The position numbers were made by a program, and so were the translations under genes. A stretch of 64,000 bases of DNA from Botryllus schlosseri (taxonomy: Eukaryota): assembly GCA_051294905.1 (NCBI GenBank), contig CM119373.1:4032001-4096000 (forward strand), read 5' to 3'. The notes beneath the pieces are model-generated. The model was given only the letters and a program-made list of their open reading frames with translations, was not told where the DNA came from and made no database searches. Of this stretch, positions 14,601 to 24,668 are shown piece after piece. Positions within the stretch are counted from its first letter, which is position 1. Each line of letters opens with the position of its first letter.

Positions 14601-17600
14601 TGATTTGAGCTGACACGGTCTCTGCACACATAAATTATAAGTTGCGCACAAAAAATCCGAAGAGATGACCTTTTTTTAGTGGTTACGCACTGTTGTCCAA
14701 GGGACCGCGCAGTGAATAGGTGAGCGCTTGCTGCAGACTCGTCAAAATTAGAGGTAACATTGCTTCTGAGCTATATGTAAACGGGGCTAAAAGCACGCAT
14801 TACTTACACGAGAGTCGTTATTACCGTTCAACATCTATTATAGAAATGCTGCATCATTTGAGAATCTATATCTTGCAGCTTAATTCCTCCCCTGCAAATA
14901 ACCCAACGGGAGCAAACGGACCCCAGGGTCATTGGGTTTACCGATGACGTCATGATCGGCACACGAGTGTACCGTACCTTACCCTGGATGATCTGGTCAT
15001 TTACCAGTGACATTGCGATAAGTTTCAGCAGCGTTTCCAGCGTCGACCTCACAATCCCTCTCAATCTTACTGATCTCACAACTCGTGCGGCGACTTACCG
15101 GACTATTAAAATGTATACGTAAACTCTTTCATAGTGATCAAAGCCGGCGACAGATGATAAGATGAGAGCAGAAGCACATATTTCGTAACTTTATCTGATG
15201 AAGTGTGGACTTGCACATATTATGACACCACTTCGGCGAAAGATTTGGGTCGACTTTATGTGTTTGTCCCATATTGCATCTTTGAATGCACAATTTTGTG
15301 TCTAAATCGATGCTTTCGATTTAGAGTGTAACGGGGGCCGTTGTCAGCTGCAGAAAAACGGCTGGTGGTATTTCTTGCTCGATACATGAAATATGAATAT
15401 ATTGTTTGGCACACAAGCTGGTAATAATTTGACATTTTTGACATTTTGGTACGCTGCACACAAAAGGTGGCTGGCTCCTGGTCTATAATCTAGTCTAGAC
15501 TATAGAGCGCTTCATCGCACCGGGCACCAAAAAAATTCGGAGAGAGTCTTCGGAGCCCAGGAGCAACTTGCAAAGCGGAACATAAATACAATATACGCAC
15601 CATGTACCAGTATGCCAATCGCGGCCAAGCATATATAGCACTGACGGAAACTAGTGATGGTTTCAGAAGATCGTGATATTTTATGCAATAGTATGGAAAA
15701 TCAATACACTTTCTGACGAGACAAGGTTAATCTCAGTTATGCGAGTCATTTCCTTTTTCACTACCACCGTCACACAGCGAGTGGTAGTAAATTGAAATTT
15801 GACGAAATATTTGCTCAGAAGTTGAGATTACTGGAATTTTATTTCATTCCGATAAAAGGTTCACAGGGTAGAACCTACCAAGGTTCGTCTGCGAACGTGA
15901 ACGTGAACCGAACGTTCACATCATCGCCCGTCAGAAAATATTGTGCTAGTCGAAAATACTATGTGCTTCTTTAGACTACGCGCGATCGTTATTCAAATCT
16001 ATATCGACATGTTATACAGCACAAAAGATTAAATTACTATTTTACTTTTTCTAGAGAAGAAAAGATTACATTTCATTGCCACCAACTGTTCACCAAAGAT
16101 GGACACCTCAGACAATTTAACGTAGAGGGTTAGGCCCTTTTCATACTGGATTTACGAAACTCTTTCGGGAACAAGTTCCGAAACAGGCGATGTTCACATA
16201 GAGAAAAAATTACCGAAACAGTTCCGGGAAAAGGGCGCGTTCATACCTATTTAGAGTTACCGCGAACTTATGTTCATACAGGTCGTTTTTTCGGTAAATT
16301 CGCGGGAAATTATGGCCAGTATGAACGCGATTCTCCGTAAGTGTTGATAGTTACGAAACCATGTCTGTGGGGTGTTCCAGTTGTAATATGCTTGTGGAAA
16401 ACAATGTGGGAGAGGCATATACGTGAGATCCGGAGAAGTTGGCTCCAACTTTTAGCTATGGGATGTTGCGGATATGCCTTCTCGAAGTGTATGGGGCTCT
16501 ATAGGCTACTCAATGGTCCGTGGACGTATGAGCATGCGACATTACAGCATGCGAGACTTCGGCATGCGACAATTTGGCATGCGACACATGAGCATGTGGG
16601 TTAAATTACGGGTTAGGGGTAGGTTAGGGTTGGATTTATGGCTGGGTTAGGGTTAGGCTTTAGGTTAGGTTAGGTTAGGCTATGTTTCGGGTTAGGGTAA
16701 GTTTTTGGGTTATACAGTCACATGCTGAAGTGACGCATGCTGATGTGTTCCATGCTGAACTGTCGTTTTCCATTGTGTCGCATGCTCATATGTCGGGCAA
16801 CCTACTCAATATCTGTATCAGTAATAGAGCCCGAGCATGTTCCTGGCTTGTATATTATCAACCGAAGCTGAGAGCAGAAACTGAAAGCCAGCAAAGAGGA
16901 TAGAGTCCTGGAATGAAAAGAACCACCAAGGCGATCACATCTGCGTACGAGGTACGAGTAACGACAAAGTCAGTTTATCTTTGTGATTGCTGTATAATGG
17001 TTTGGGTAAATCTAATCTTATGTACACTGTACAGAGAAACCAGGGAAATCGAGAAATTCGTGAGAGAAACATTTGGTATACTCTGCGACGAGCTTCGAGA
17101 CCATAACGAAAAGCAGCAAGCTAATTACACGAACTCAATTTCTCTTGCTTGCTGAGTAGCTGTCGCTCTTTGGAGGCTAGCCGATGAAGCCAATCGTTTA
17201 TAGATCCAGGTAAACATCAGATGTATTTCAAGAAGGCAACTGTCACAAGTTGATTTTAACAAAAATTGCTGGTGCCTAGTAGGGCTAGCCACAATGATTC
17301 GAGGCTAGTAGTAAAATACTACTTTTCGAGTAGGCTACTGAAATTATACTGAAAGTTGATTTACTAACGAGAATTATACCGTAGTTTTGATAAACTTTTC
17401 CACTGAGTAAGCCTTGATTGGCCGTGTCGCAACATGCGAGATATAGTACAAAGCTACGAACGTTGCTGGAAATAACACATTTCCGAAGTCATGACCATCC
17501 CATATAACACTGTCAAGCAGTGCAATGAAAACGGTATGGTCGAAAAAACATTAAAGTATCTTTAATGTGACGGGCAATAGGCGTTATGTTCTTTATGGTG

Positions 17601-20600
17601 GCATAAAAGGTAGCCTACACATTTGAATTTTGGCATGGTACATTGTGTTGTGATGTCATCATGATGATACTCGACTCGAAGCGTAATAAGTGATTCAGAA
17701 TCGAATGACTCAGGTACTCAATTTTGCCCAGCCCTAGTGCATAGTAATATTTCTATATTTGTCATGGCGGAATGTCAGCCAGTTTTTGCGTAGCATACCA
17801 CTGCAAAAAGGTCAGACAAATTTGGTCTTGAATCATTATGTCAGAAAAAGAAGTCTGAAAGACCAATTGTTCTGGCCAAGTAGGCTACTTTCTGTCTCAA
17901 AAGTAAGACCCAAATTGATGGAAAATAGACTTAAACTGGAAACTGAGCAATCAACGCAATGTCTTGGACTCGAGTCATAAAACCATGACTCGAACTCGAC
18001 GCTCTGCTCGATGAGTTGGACTCGGATTTGACTCGGTGATAAATTGAAAATGACTCGACTTGAATCTAGTCAAAACTATTGAAGTGGGATCGACTTGTGA
18101 CTTGGTTACAACCCTGCTCACTTGACTGAAATTGCTGAAAATGAGACCAAATTTGTATATTTTTTGTAGTGTGGTCAGACATGTACATCAACCTACTTAT
18201 TTAGTTACTTTTAGTTACTAAAACTATGTAGTTCTAGTTGTGGATTTGACTGAAACTATGTAGTTCTAGTTGTGGATTTGAAAAAGTGAATAGTTTCTGG
18301 TTCTAGTTGCGGATATTTGAAAGTGAGTAGTTCTAGTTCTAATAGCAGATTTTGAAAAGTTGATAGTTCTAGTTCAGGGCCGGCCAACCCGTGGCCCGCG
18401 AGGTAATTTCCGAAATTTGTAGTATTATCAAAAATGGATTGCACAGATTTTGATTAGTCTGGCCGCAGCACTTGAGATGTGATGACTGAAATATCAGTTC
18501 CGACGCATTGGTAGGTCTATGAGCCAGTCACATTTTGGTAGATCTTCATACACTACAATAAAGCAGAATACTTTGCGATAGATTAATCAAAAGTAAAAAT
18601 TTTCTACACGCTTAGCGCAACATCTTGTCACTCGATTTCTTGCTTTTAATATTGTTACCCCTTTGTGAAAATGAAAGAACGCCTAATCTATCAGATTGAG
18701 TCAACTATATATATATTCGCGACCTCCCGTTTGCGCTCGCAGAAAGACCGTCGACTATGAAACCTAGGCACAAAATGATTGCCGCATGTTGGACAAAGCT
18801 TTCGATATCGATATGTCCAGGTGCCGAATAGTCCAGTCCTTGCAAACTGAGCCCAGCGAGATACAGCAGGCTTGCAATATAGTCAAGTTACAATATTATT
18901 AATTTATCAACTTCAAAAAATTTTCGTGCTTCGCGCGGCTAGTGGCCGGCAGAATAGTTCGTCAATCGAATGTGGTGATTTGGCTGAAAAGGTTGGCCAC
19001 CGCTGTTCTAGTTGCTAGTTTAAAAAATTGAGTAGTTCTAGTTGAAGTTGCGCATTTTGAAATTCCAGTACTTTGTACAAGTCTGAGTGTTGTGGGTGGC
19101 TAAAAAATTACCACAGCAACATTTGTACCAAACATGCATTTGCTGCATTTAAGTTTTTTCAGGATGACTTCATGATTGGGAGCCAGAGGGTTCCGTACTA
19201 GCCTACATAACTGATGACGCAGCAGCCTATCCCTTTCAGCCCCGGCTCATTGAGCCTTTTCCCTGAAACACAAACAGAGCATAAGCTAAAGCTAATTTCA
19301 AATATGTAATATAAATTTCCTTTCTGCTGCCCTTAAAATTCACAATTGCTTTTTCAGAAACTTGGCAAAGCACACATAAAGGTTGAAAGATTTTGGTCGA
19401 CTGAAGGCGCGGTGTTCAGCTTTTCTCATAAACTGCAATCCGCTAAGGCCAGAATGATACAGAGGATGGTATACGCAATGAAGACAAGACCTGGTGGTGA
19501 TCCAAGTATCGCTGGCCCAAGACGTCGGAAATGCCCTGTGTGACTTTCTCAATAAACAATGCTCTTGCTTAACCAGATGTGTTTGTGCTGTTTCATTTTA
19601 TTCATGAGAGAAACTATAACTTAATGCACACTTGCACAGTTCCGCCTTTTCACCTTTTTCATCAGTATCCTCCATCTAGACCTGCGAAAAGATCAAATTA
19701 AGTTACACTTGCCTAACCTTGCATAACAAAGGAAGACTTGGTTGTAACAAGAAAATGAAGGCATAGGTGAAAACCAAATTATGGCTTGGATGATGTACGA
19801 TGGCTTACCAGCCCGTTGGTACAATTTGAATTTTTCGTTAGTGAGTCAGAGCTAAGGACATCATTCTCTGCTGTGCTGCCACTATCAAAGCAGATGTTAC
19901 TAAATCCCCTTTTCAGTAGGCGTATATGACGGTGACTAACCTACACACAGCATATCCATGGTTAGAAACTAGCCTTTGATGTAACAAATTTGATGAGGGT
20001 TAAGATCACCTGCCAAATTAGTGTTGAAGTGCTAACGTTTTCAGGCAACTCACCCAATGCTGCATCATTTGGAGATGGTGTTCTATCTTTTTAGCCGTGC
20101 TCTGTTTAGAAAACCACAGAAAAAAGAAGCTGACTAGTAGTCAGTGACTACGTATTGTGAGCATACAGAATATAAATCCAAGAATAATGCATTCCCAACA
20201 CCATTACCAAGAAGATCAAAATGCCGCAGTTATCTGACCTCGAAATACAATCAGCCTGAATGAACAGCGCGTTACGGTAACTAAAAGTTTGATTGACAGC
20301 GTTCCGGGAACCCAGCTGCGCCATTCGTGTTCATACTCAGTCGGTCCCGTAAAAATCTCCGAAAATAAGCGCGTTCATACCGCCCCGAATCACCAGTGTT
20401 ATGTTCACATAGAGGGGTTCCGGTAAACATTTTCGAGAAATGTTATTCCCGGAACCCCGGTATGAAAAGGGCCTAAGTGAACTAGAGAACGTCAAGATCT
20501 GCGATGTTTTTGCATTTGGCGAATGCGATTACAATTCTGCTATAGACAATGAGAAGAAAGCTCACAGGCACACGGGAACTGGCAACCTAGATGAAGAATT

Positions 20601-22426
20601 GAGAGGTGAAAGTGAGTCCATGCGTTCTAATTCATTCAATATATATTATTCTACTAAACCTTCCAGTAAATTATAAGAAGATAATGTACGATAATTATTA
20701 TCTTTACAATGCATGGATTGATTCCGAGTGATCATGAGACCACTTTTCAAAACTGCAAGAGTATACAGTAGTTTCTCAGACGCAGAATTCGACCTTGCTA
20801 TATTCGAAAATCGCTGTACACGAGTCAGGATAAAAGGCATGGGTTCAACTGAAATCATGGGACATGCATCAGTTTAAATATTTACAGTAATATTAGTGCT
20901 ACCGTTTTCGAGCCATGGGTCTTCTCTTAGGTGCAATTCATTCATAACTTTTTTCAAGAAATGAAACGAAAAACATATGGCTCGCTCGTCGTTTGTCTAA
21001 CCTCCAAACTGTTTCTAGGTCAAGCGACGGAGCAGGAAAACTTTTCGTTCATTGGAGACCCAGACCATTACCTCGCATACGTTAGATGCTATGATGCAGG
21101 TTCATTTGAAAATTCATATGATAGAGAGAATTCCACAGGGATATTTCCAGGGATATATAGAACTATATATATAGAACTAGAGTTCTATATATCCCTCACT
21201 GTAAAATATCGATATTGTCATATAATATTGCAAGATGAAAATACTTGATATATTTATTGATAGGTATTGTTATGGAGGCTTTATGCAGGTGTTGCCTATA
21301 TGGCTATGGCTTATAAATCACAGTTATGATATTCACCTGACAGTTTATGGAGAAGTAGCCTTTTCCGTTCTGCATTCTCACCACCTGGACTCTGAATACG
21401 AACGTGTGTGCCATCAATTGCACCTATCACATCTGGAAATGACGCGATAGCAAAAGATTCCTCCTTCACACTCTGTAGGTTGGAATGAGGCCATCGTACG
21501 AAAGTCCCGAGATTAGCAACTATGACTTTTGAAACCTGTCAATGAAAATAACTAAATTTGCAAAAGGGCAGGCAATCGACCACTATCACTTCCTTACCTC
21601 CTTAATTACATTTGATACTGTCGGCTGCGAAATACCTTCCAAATCAATTGAAAAGAACCGCTGCTTGTGAAGCGTAAGAATATCAACATTTTATGCAGTA
21701 CTGGTAGAGCAATGCCTTTACTAGAATGTCTGAAGTCATTCTGAATGATCGCAATGAAGTCATGAAGGCCTTTTTTTGTGAAGCGATAGCGTGCTCTAAA
21801 TTGGTCGTCAGAGATATTTTCCATAGGGTTTTGCAAATCTGCCAGTATAGACGTTTCGGTACTCTTTCATGAACTAAATCCCGATCATACTCTTCCCCAG
21901 TCCACCTCATAAACTCCAAAAAGTCCATCTTTTCATAAGCAGTCGCGCAGTACAGCTACCACGAACCCAGCAAATTAGAGATAATTCCCCGTTTTTGGCG
22001 ACTTACATTATACACGAAAACGAGTCTTACCGAGCGAAGAAATTCGTTCCGTGATACCAACACGGATCCACTGGATTCATTCTCGAATTACGCTCGGCAT
22101 CACAAGAGTCGGCGACGCGTGACCATAAATAATTCCCGTCTTATGAAATAGTTGTTGTGATGCGAAACAGAGATAATTCGGCGAATTATCGTTAATGCGA
22201 GTGTTACATTGGTTTCAAAATACGGGCATTAAGCAGTCCAAGGAACGAATTTCATTAAAGTCTGTCATAAAATACCCTCGCATTAACAGATTGGGTGATT
22301 TGGATTTTCACGAGAGACAGGACTGTGACGGCTGAACAGCTCCTGTTTATTCAAAATGATCTCTGGAAGCACGGGATATCAGCACCACTTCGACTGGCTC
22401 ATTGTCAGGACCTCGACGGACTCTGA
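2505..22426 (+). CDS. Secreted lipocalin (apolipoprotein D-like), 6 coding exons: join(2505..2630,2792..2925,16055..16128,20546..20611,21019..21099,22290..22426), 205 aa
   Basis: All introns are GT-AG with phases 0,2,1,1,1, giving 618 nt in one open frame. Signal-like N-terminus MRSLYFHFVTVVLVAAARNSLG; SCR1-like IDWSQFNYTWYET; SCR2-like FSFIGDPDHYLAYVRC; SCR3 WIFTR; C-terminal Cys. A phase-0 intron before the xWYE motif followed by a phase-2 intron is the known lipocalin pattern. Confidence 0.85.
2792..2925 (+). CDS. Lipocalin exon 2 (FNYTWYETVTSFDPISLGHRC...YFYD)
   Basis: Acceptor TTTCAG, donor GTAAGT; carries WYE and the conserved RC. Confidence 0.88.
3589..5543 (+). mobile_element. Decayed piggyBac element with transposase pseudogene (~3990-5390)
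   Basis: TTAA-CACTAGAAC ... GTTCTAGTG-TTAA ends; subterminal GTGGCTTTTTTGACGCA repeats in both orientations. Frame-broken PGBD-like motifs: LWSTRW, FSQTLSKNRFMELMSFL, VDAATTKYLYKGVSYLGKD, KKPVTVKCYNETK, DIIGQVARQYS..SRR, Cys-rich C-terminus. Confidence 0.85.
4126..4356. mobile_element. hAT-type MITE inserted in the piggyBac ORF
   Basis: TIR CAGAGGTGGTCA / TGACCACCTCTG; perfect 8-bp TSD TCTACGAG. Confidence 0.88.
5900..7600 (-). pseudogene. Possible highly decayed Ser/Thr kinase relic, interrupted by the MITE at 6096-7051
   Basis: Ordered fragments across frames on the minus strand: QVKVGQTLDLSEKVAVKIV, KEYLLPRE, LLEY, GMNCHN..YNILI, VNVFDAGVI..LHG. Many stops and frameshifts. Confidence 0.3.
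6096..7051. mobile_element. hAT (Charlie-like) non-autonomous element
   Basis: TIR CAGTGGTTCCCAACCT / AGGTTGGGAACCACTG; perfect TSD CTATACAC. Confidence 0.9.
9260..10790. repeat. Tandem satellite, ~79-bp unit built from two related ~35-44-bp halves
   Basis: Recurring CACAAATTAGATTCTAATTAGAGCAAAAAACATTT + CACAAATTGGAGTAGAATTAGAATCATAGCGACACAGTTGTTAT; decays to ~40-bp units on the right. Confidence 0.92.
10848..11129 (-). pseudogene. Terminal-exon remnant of a SAMD3-like / CACTA accessory protein
   Basis: Acceptor TTCCAG then 94 open codons ending ...MVLDLLYYVCDPTYPKVFQILSILQYVVIED..., resembling the YYVxxxxYP..LQ C-terminal motif also seen at 53563-53769. Confidence 0.45.
11818..11930. repeat. 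Direct tandem repeat, 47-bp unit x ~2.4
   Basis: AACAGACCCTGAATTAGAACACATGTTTGTGGCGCAACTTGGAAATT repeated exactly, plus a partial third copy. Confidence 0.85.
12701..13583 (-). mobile_element. Internally deleted hAT element retaining a transposase C-terminal fragment (13025-13264)
   Basis: TIR TRGGGCAATTTTTTTTTGAC; perfect TSD ATAATAAG; subterminal TTTTGACC repeats; CQPTNAAVERSYSVLGKL..KDR resembles the hAT C-terminal ER-S-F-S motif. Confidence 0.88.
14131..14157. repeat. (GA)n microsatellite
   Basis: About 13 GA units. Confidence 0.95.
14568..14762. mobile_element. hAT-type MITE (family also at 33543 and 42072)
   Basis: Ends CAATGTGCC / GTAACATTG; TSD CTCCTGAG/CTTCTGAG; internal sequence matches the other two copies. 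Confidence 0.85.
16055..16128 (+). CDS. Lipocalin exon 3 (EEKITFHCHQLFTKDGHLRQFNVE)
   Basis: Strong acceptor TTTACTTTTTCTAG, phase 2 in and phase 1 out, donor GTTAGG. Confidence 0.75.
16515..16802. mobile_element. Palindromic MITE with a telomere-like (TTAGGG) core
   Basis: Imperfect TIRs GG..GAC(G/A)TATGAGCATGCGAC; 8-bp TSD TACTCAAT; GGTTAG(G) tract at ~16610-16700. Confidence 0.82.
17280..17736. mobile_element. hAT-type MITE inside the Harbinger ORF
   Basis: TAGGGCT..AGCCCTA ends; TSD GTGCCTAG/GTGCATAG. Confidence 0.75.
18375..19005. mobile_element. hAT-type MITE inserted in a GTAGTTCTAGTT-rich repeat
   Basis: CAGGGCCGGCCAACC / GGTTGGCCACCGCTG ends; perfect TSD TTCTAGTT. Confidence 0.8.
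20546..20611 (+). CDS. Lipocalin exon 4 (DNEKKAHRHTGTGNLDEELRGE), hydrophilic phase 1-1 exon
   Basis: Acceptor CTGCTATAG, donor GTGAGT, open and frame-preserving. Confidence 0.6.
21019..21099 (+). CDS. Lipocalin exon 5 (QATEQENFSFIGDPDHYLAYVRCYDA)
   Basis: Acceptor TTTCTAG; aligns by eye with the ApoD WILATDYENYALVYSC segment; donor GTTCAT. Confidence 0.78.
21606..22228 (-). mobile_element. Truncated Harbinger element with the 5' part of a HARBI1-like nuclease (21606-21928, frameshifted)
   Basis: SDDQFRARYRFTK..ALPVLHKMLIFLRFTSSGSFQ is the HARBI1-type N-terminal helix-turn-helix region. Probable terminus TGCCCGTATTTTGAAAC near 22228; the other end was not found. Confidence 0.78.
22290..22426 (+). 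CDS. Lipocalin terminal exon (WVIWIFTRDRTV...AHCQDLDGL*)
   Basis: Acceptor TAACAG; SCR3 W-x-x-x-R motif, helix, C-terminal Cys, TGA. Confidence 0.88.
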
Positions 22427-23031
22427 ACTACTTGAATTAATCGATGCAGAGAAATAAGTTGCCAGGATAAATTGTCTGTCGCTATACATGACTAGGTATT
22501 AACTAACCAGAAATTTATGATAAAATATATGCTGCCATACACAAGTGATTAATAATACTTGTTTGTCCAATGATACATAGACACTGATAGGAAACTCCCG
22601 CGGACTCTGCTTTTCAGCGCGTGCAAGTCACGCCTCATCGCGATCACGGGCTATGTTGTAAAGAACTTCGTCAGCAATACTTCTTTAGGAACTAGCAATA
22701 TACTATACTAGATCGGTATATTTATCATGGGCAATTAGCGGTAACGAGTTGAAAAGATGCGAAAATGTATGCTTTCCCGCTTCTTCGATTTTTCTCTGAT
22801 TAAACTAGCGGACCATTGCTGTATACTGGCGTATCGCAAAAACAAATTAACACATTGACGACTCGCAATTATACGCAATCACCGTACGGTACCCTTCACA
22901 CAACAAACGGGCAGTATATTCACACAGACGGGTACTTTCATGCACGGTGACAAGTTGCACAACTCGTCTGCATTCCAGCTTTTAAAAGTCGCCGTTTTCA
23001 ACATATTGATACATTATATATGAATATCGAG

Positions 23032-23457
23032 CAGAGGTGGTTATTAGAGAAGTAATTATACTTATTAAGGGTGCTCGAGTAAGTTTTTTCGACTTCCTGA
23101 TGTGATTGTGTTTATAACACTACCACCCAACAACATATATACTTACTATTTACACTAGCTGGATTTTGAATATTTTTGACAATAGCACCAATATTTGTAT
23201 AGTCACTGCACATTTTGTGGTAGTCACAAAGACATACCCTGTAATTTCAAAAGTGACGATTTCCGATTAATTGCAAACCACTTATCTAATGTACTTTTCA
23301 AAACTTTTTAGGAGTACTTTACAGGTCTTTACTTTCTTTTTGAAGTCAGTTTGGCATGTCTTCGAAATTTCTACTTCTACTTGAATAGAGTAAATCAATA
23401 TAGCAATATGTCTTCTTAAGTAGTAAGTAGCAACGCTGAATACTTCAATCACCTCTG
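23032..23457. mobile_element. Old MITE related to 4126-4356
   Basis: CAGAGGTG / CACCTCTG ends, CTACTTCTACTT motifs; no TSD retained. Confidence 0.55.
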
Positions 23458-24051
23458 ACAAAAAGTCACGTATCCATGATCATTCCACAAAATCTTGTAC
23501 GCCTTGCAACACTGAATTGCATTTCCTGGACCCGAATCATTTTGCGTAAAGAAATGAGGAATTAAAAACAAAATACCTACACTTCAATGATAGCAACATT
23601 TTCAAATATAGAATTGAATTTTAAAATCTTCAAATCATATGTATAAACAGTCTATGCAGGGTTTCTAAAGCAATAATAGTGCTTTAAATCAGTTTTTGTC
23701 CTCATTAACTTGTAAGAAGTATTTGAACAATGACTTTCATAATTGCTGCATCACACTCGCTGTTGCTGGCTCGAAACTGGCCGATTGCAACCCGAATGAT
23801 ACCTTATCAACTCTGGATGAAATCTCCTTCCTTGTTCAAAATCGTATATATGCGTCTAATTTGTTACTGTCGTTTTAACCTTGGGATTCGCGTATATATG
23901 CGACTAATTAGTTTACGAATTTGGAATCGCGTACATGCGGCTGATTTGTTCTATCTTTACAAACTTGGGAATCGTTTGCTTGCGCCTAATAAATATAAGC
24001 CGTCAAAATGTGGAGACTGCGGAAATCGTAGCACGATCTCTCTACGCTCGA

Positions 24052-24334
24052 AATCATATTTATTGTTTTTTTGGGGTATTCATGGTGTTTGTCGACTACT
24101 ATGGTCATTTACACCAGGCCGATATTCTTCTTATTTTTCCGTAACTGCCGACTTATAGCACGGCCCACCTCTAGGCTTTTTGTAAGACACCGCTGACGCG
24201 GATGAGGTGGCGAGGAGGAGCCTAGGTAAACCTCCAACACTTATGTATCGGAATTCGGAAGTCGACCTCCGTCGGACTCGAACCCGCACCCATTGGTGTT
24301 GCAGCCGCGGATTATACCACTGCGCTATCTCGCC
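24052..24334 (-). mobile_element. tRNA-derived SINE, near full length
   Basis: Minus-strand head GGCGAGATAGCGCAGTGG (A box) ... CTGCAAC ... GGTTCGAGTCC (B box) without an acceptor-stem 3' half. Body recurs at 27385, 27900, 49870 and 54320. Confidence 0.82.
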
Positions 24335-24668
24335 ACAATCATATTTATGATAATTAAATAGTGATGATGTATTTATCCAAGCGCTATCAGAACCCTCGCT
24401 AAATTGCATAGTCTTAAATACACGTACATTCAAGTTTATTAAATATATAGTCGGAGGAGTTATCTCCGCACGATATAACGATATAGATGAGTAGTTTATT
24501 ATTATAGTGCACTGCTTTCCAACCATTTTGAGCTCCATTCGCACTTTTTGGGAAAATATATCACATTCGCACAAACTAACTGAAAATTGTACACAAAAAC
24601 GGAAGATGAATATACTTGAAAATATTTTGTTCAGATGTGAAACGAATTTGCTACTATATAGCTTAGGC

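Larger units (their letters stand above)
13845..15270 (-). pseudogene. Decayed intronless AMPK-related (HUNK/MARK-like) kinase plus UBA relic, antisense in lipocalin intron 2
   Basis: Correct order on the minus strand: SFAEV..HTSSDKV (subdomains I-II), RGIVRSTLETLLKLIAMSLVN (degenerate GIVHRDLK/ENLL/KLIDFGLSN), GKPNDP, then UBA-like VDERVANLII..MLIAYGITREHI..NSFKNINMRYVMI. Confidence 0.45.
16133..20473 (+). mobile_element. PIF/Harbinger element with decayed nuclease gene and nested insertions
   Basis: 14-bp TIR GGCCCTTTTCATAC; TWA flanks TTA/TAA. HARBI1-like remnants RETFGILCDELR..VAVALWRLA (~17060-17190), DAAAYPFQPRLIEPFP (~19215-19265), KAHIKVER/FGRLKAR (~19360-19415). Confidence 0.88.

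Noticed and set aside
13845..15079. Endogenous viral element
   Set aside because: No viral motif recognised; the fragments fit a decayed kinase-UBA gene better.
16610..16700. Telomere or chromosome-fusion scar
   Set aside because: Short, degenerate and enclosed within a MITE that has a TSD.
24260..24334. Functional tRNA-Cys gene
   Set aside because: No 3' acceptor-stem complement, and it is fused to a repeated body. It is a SINE head.
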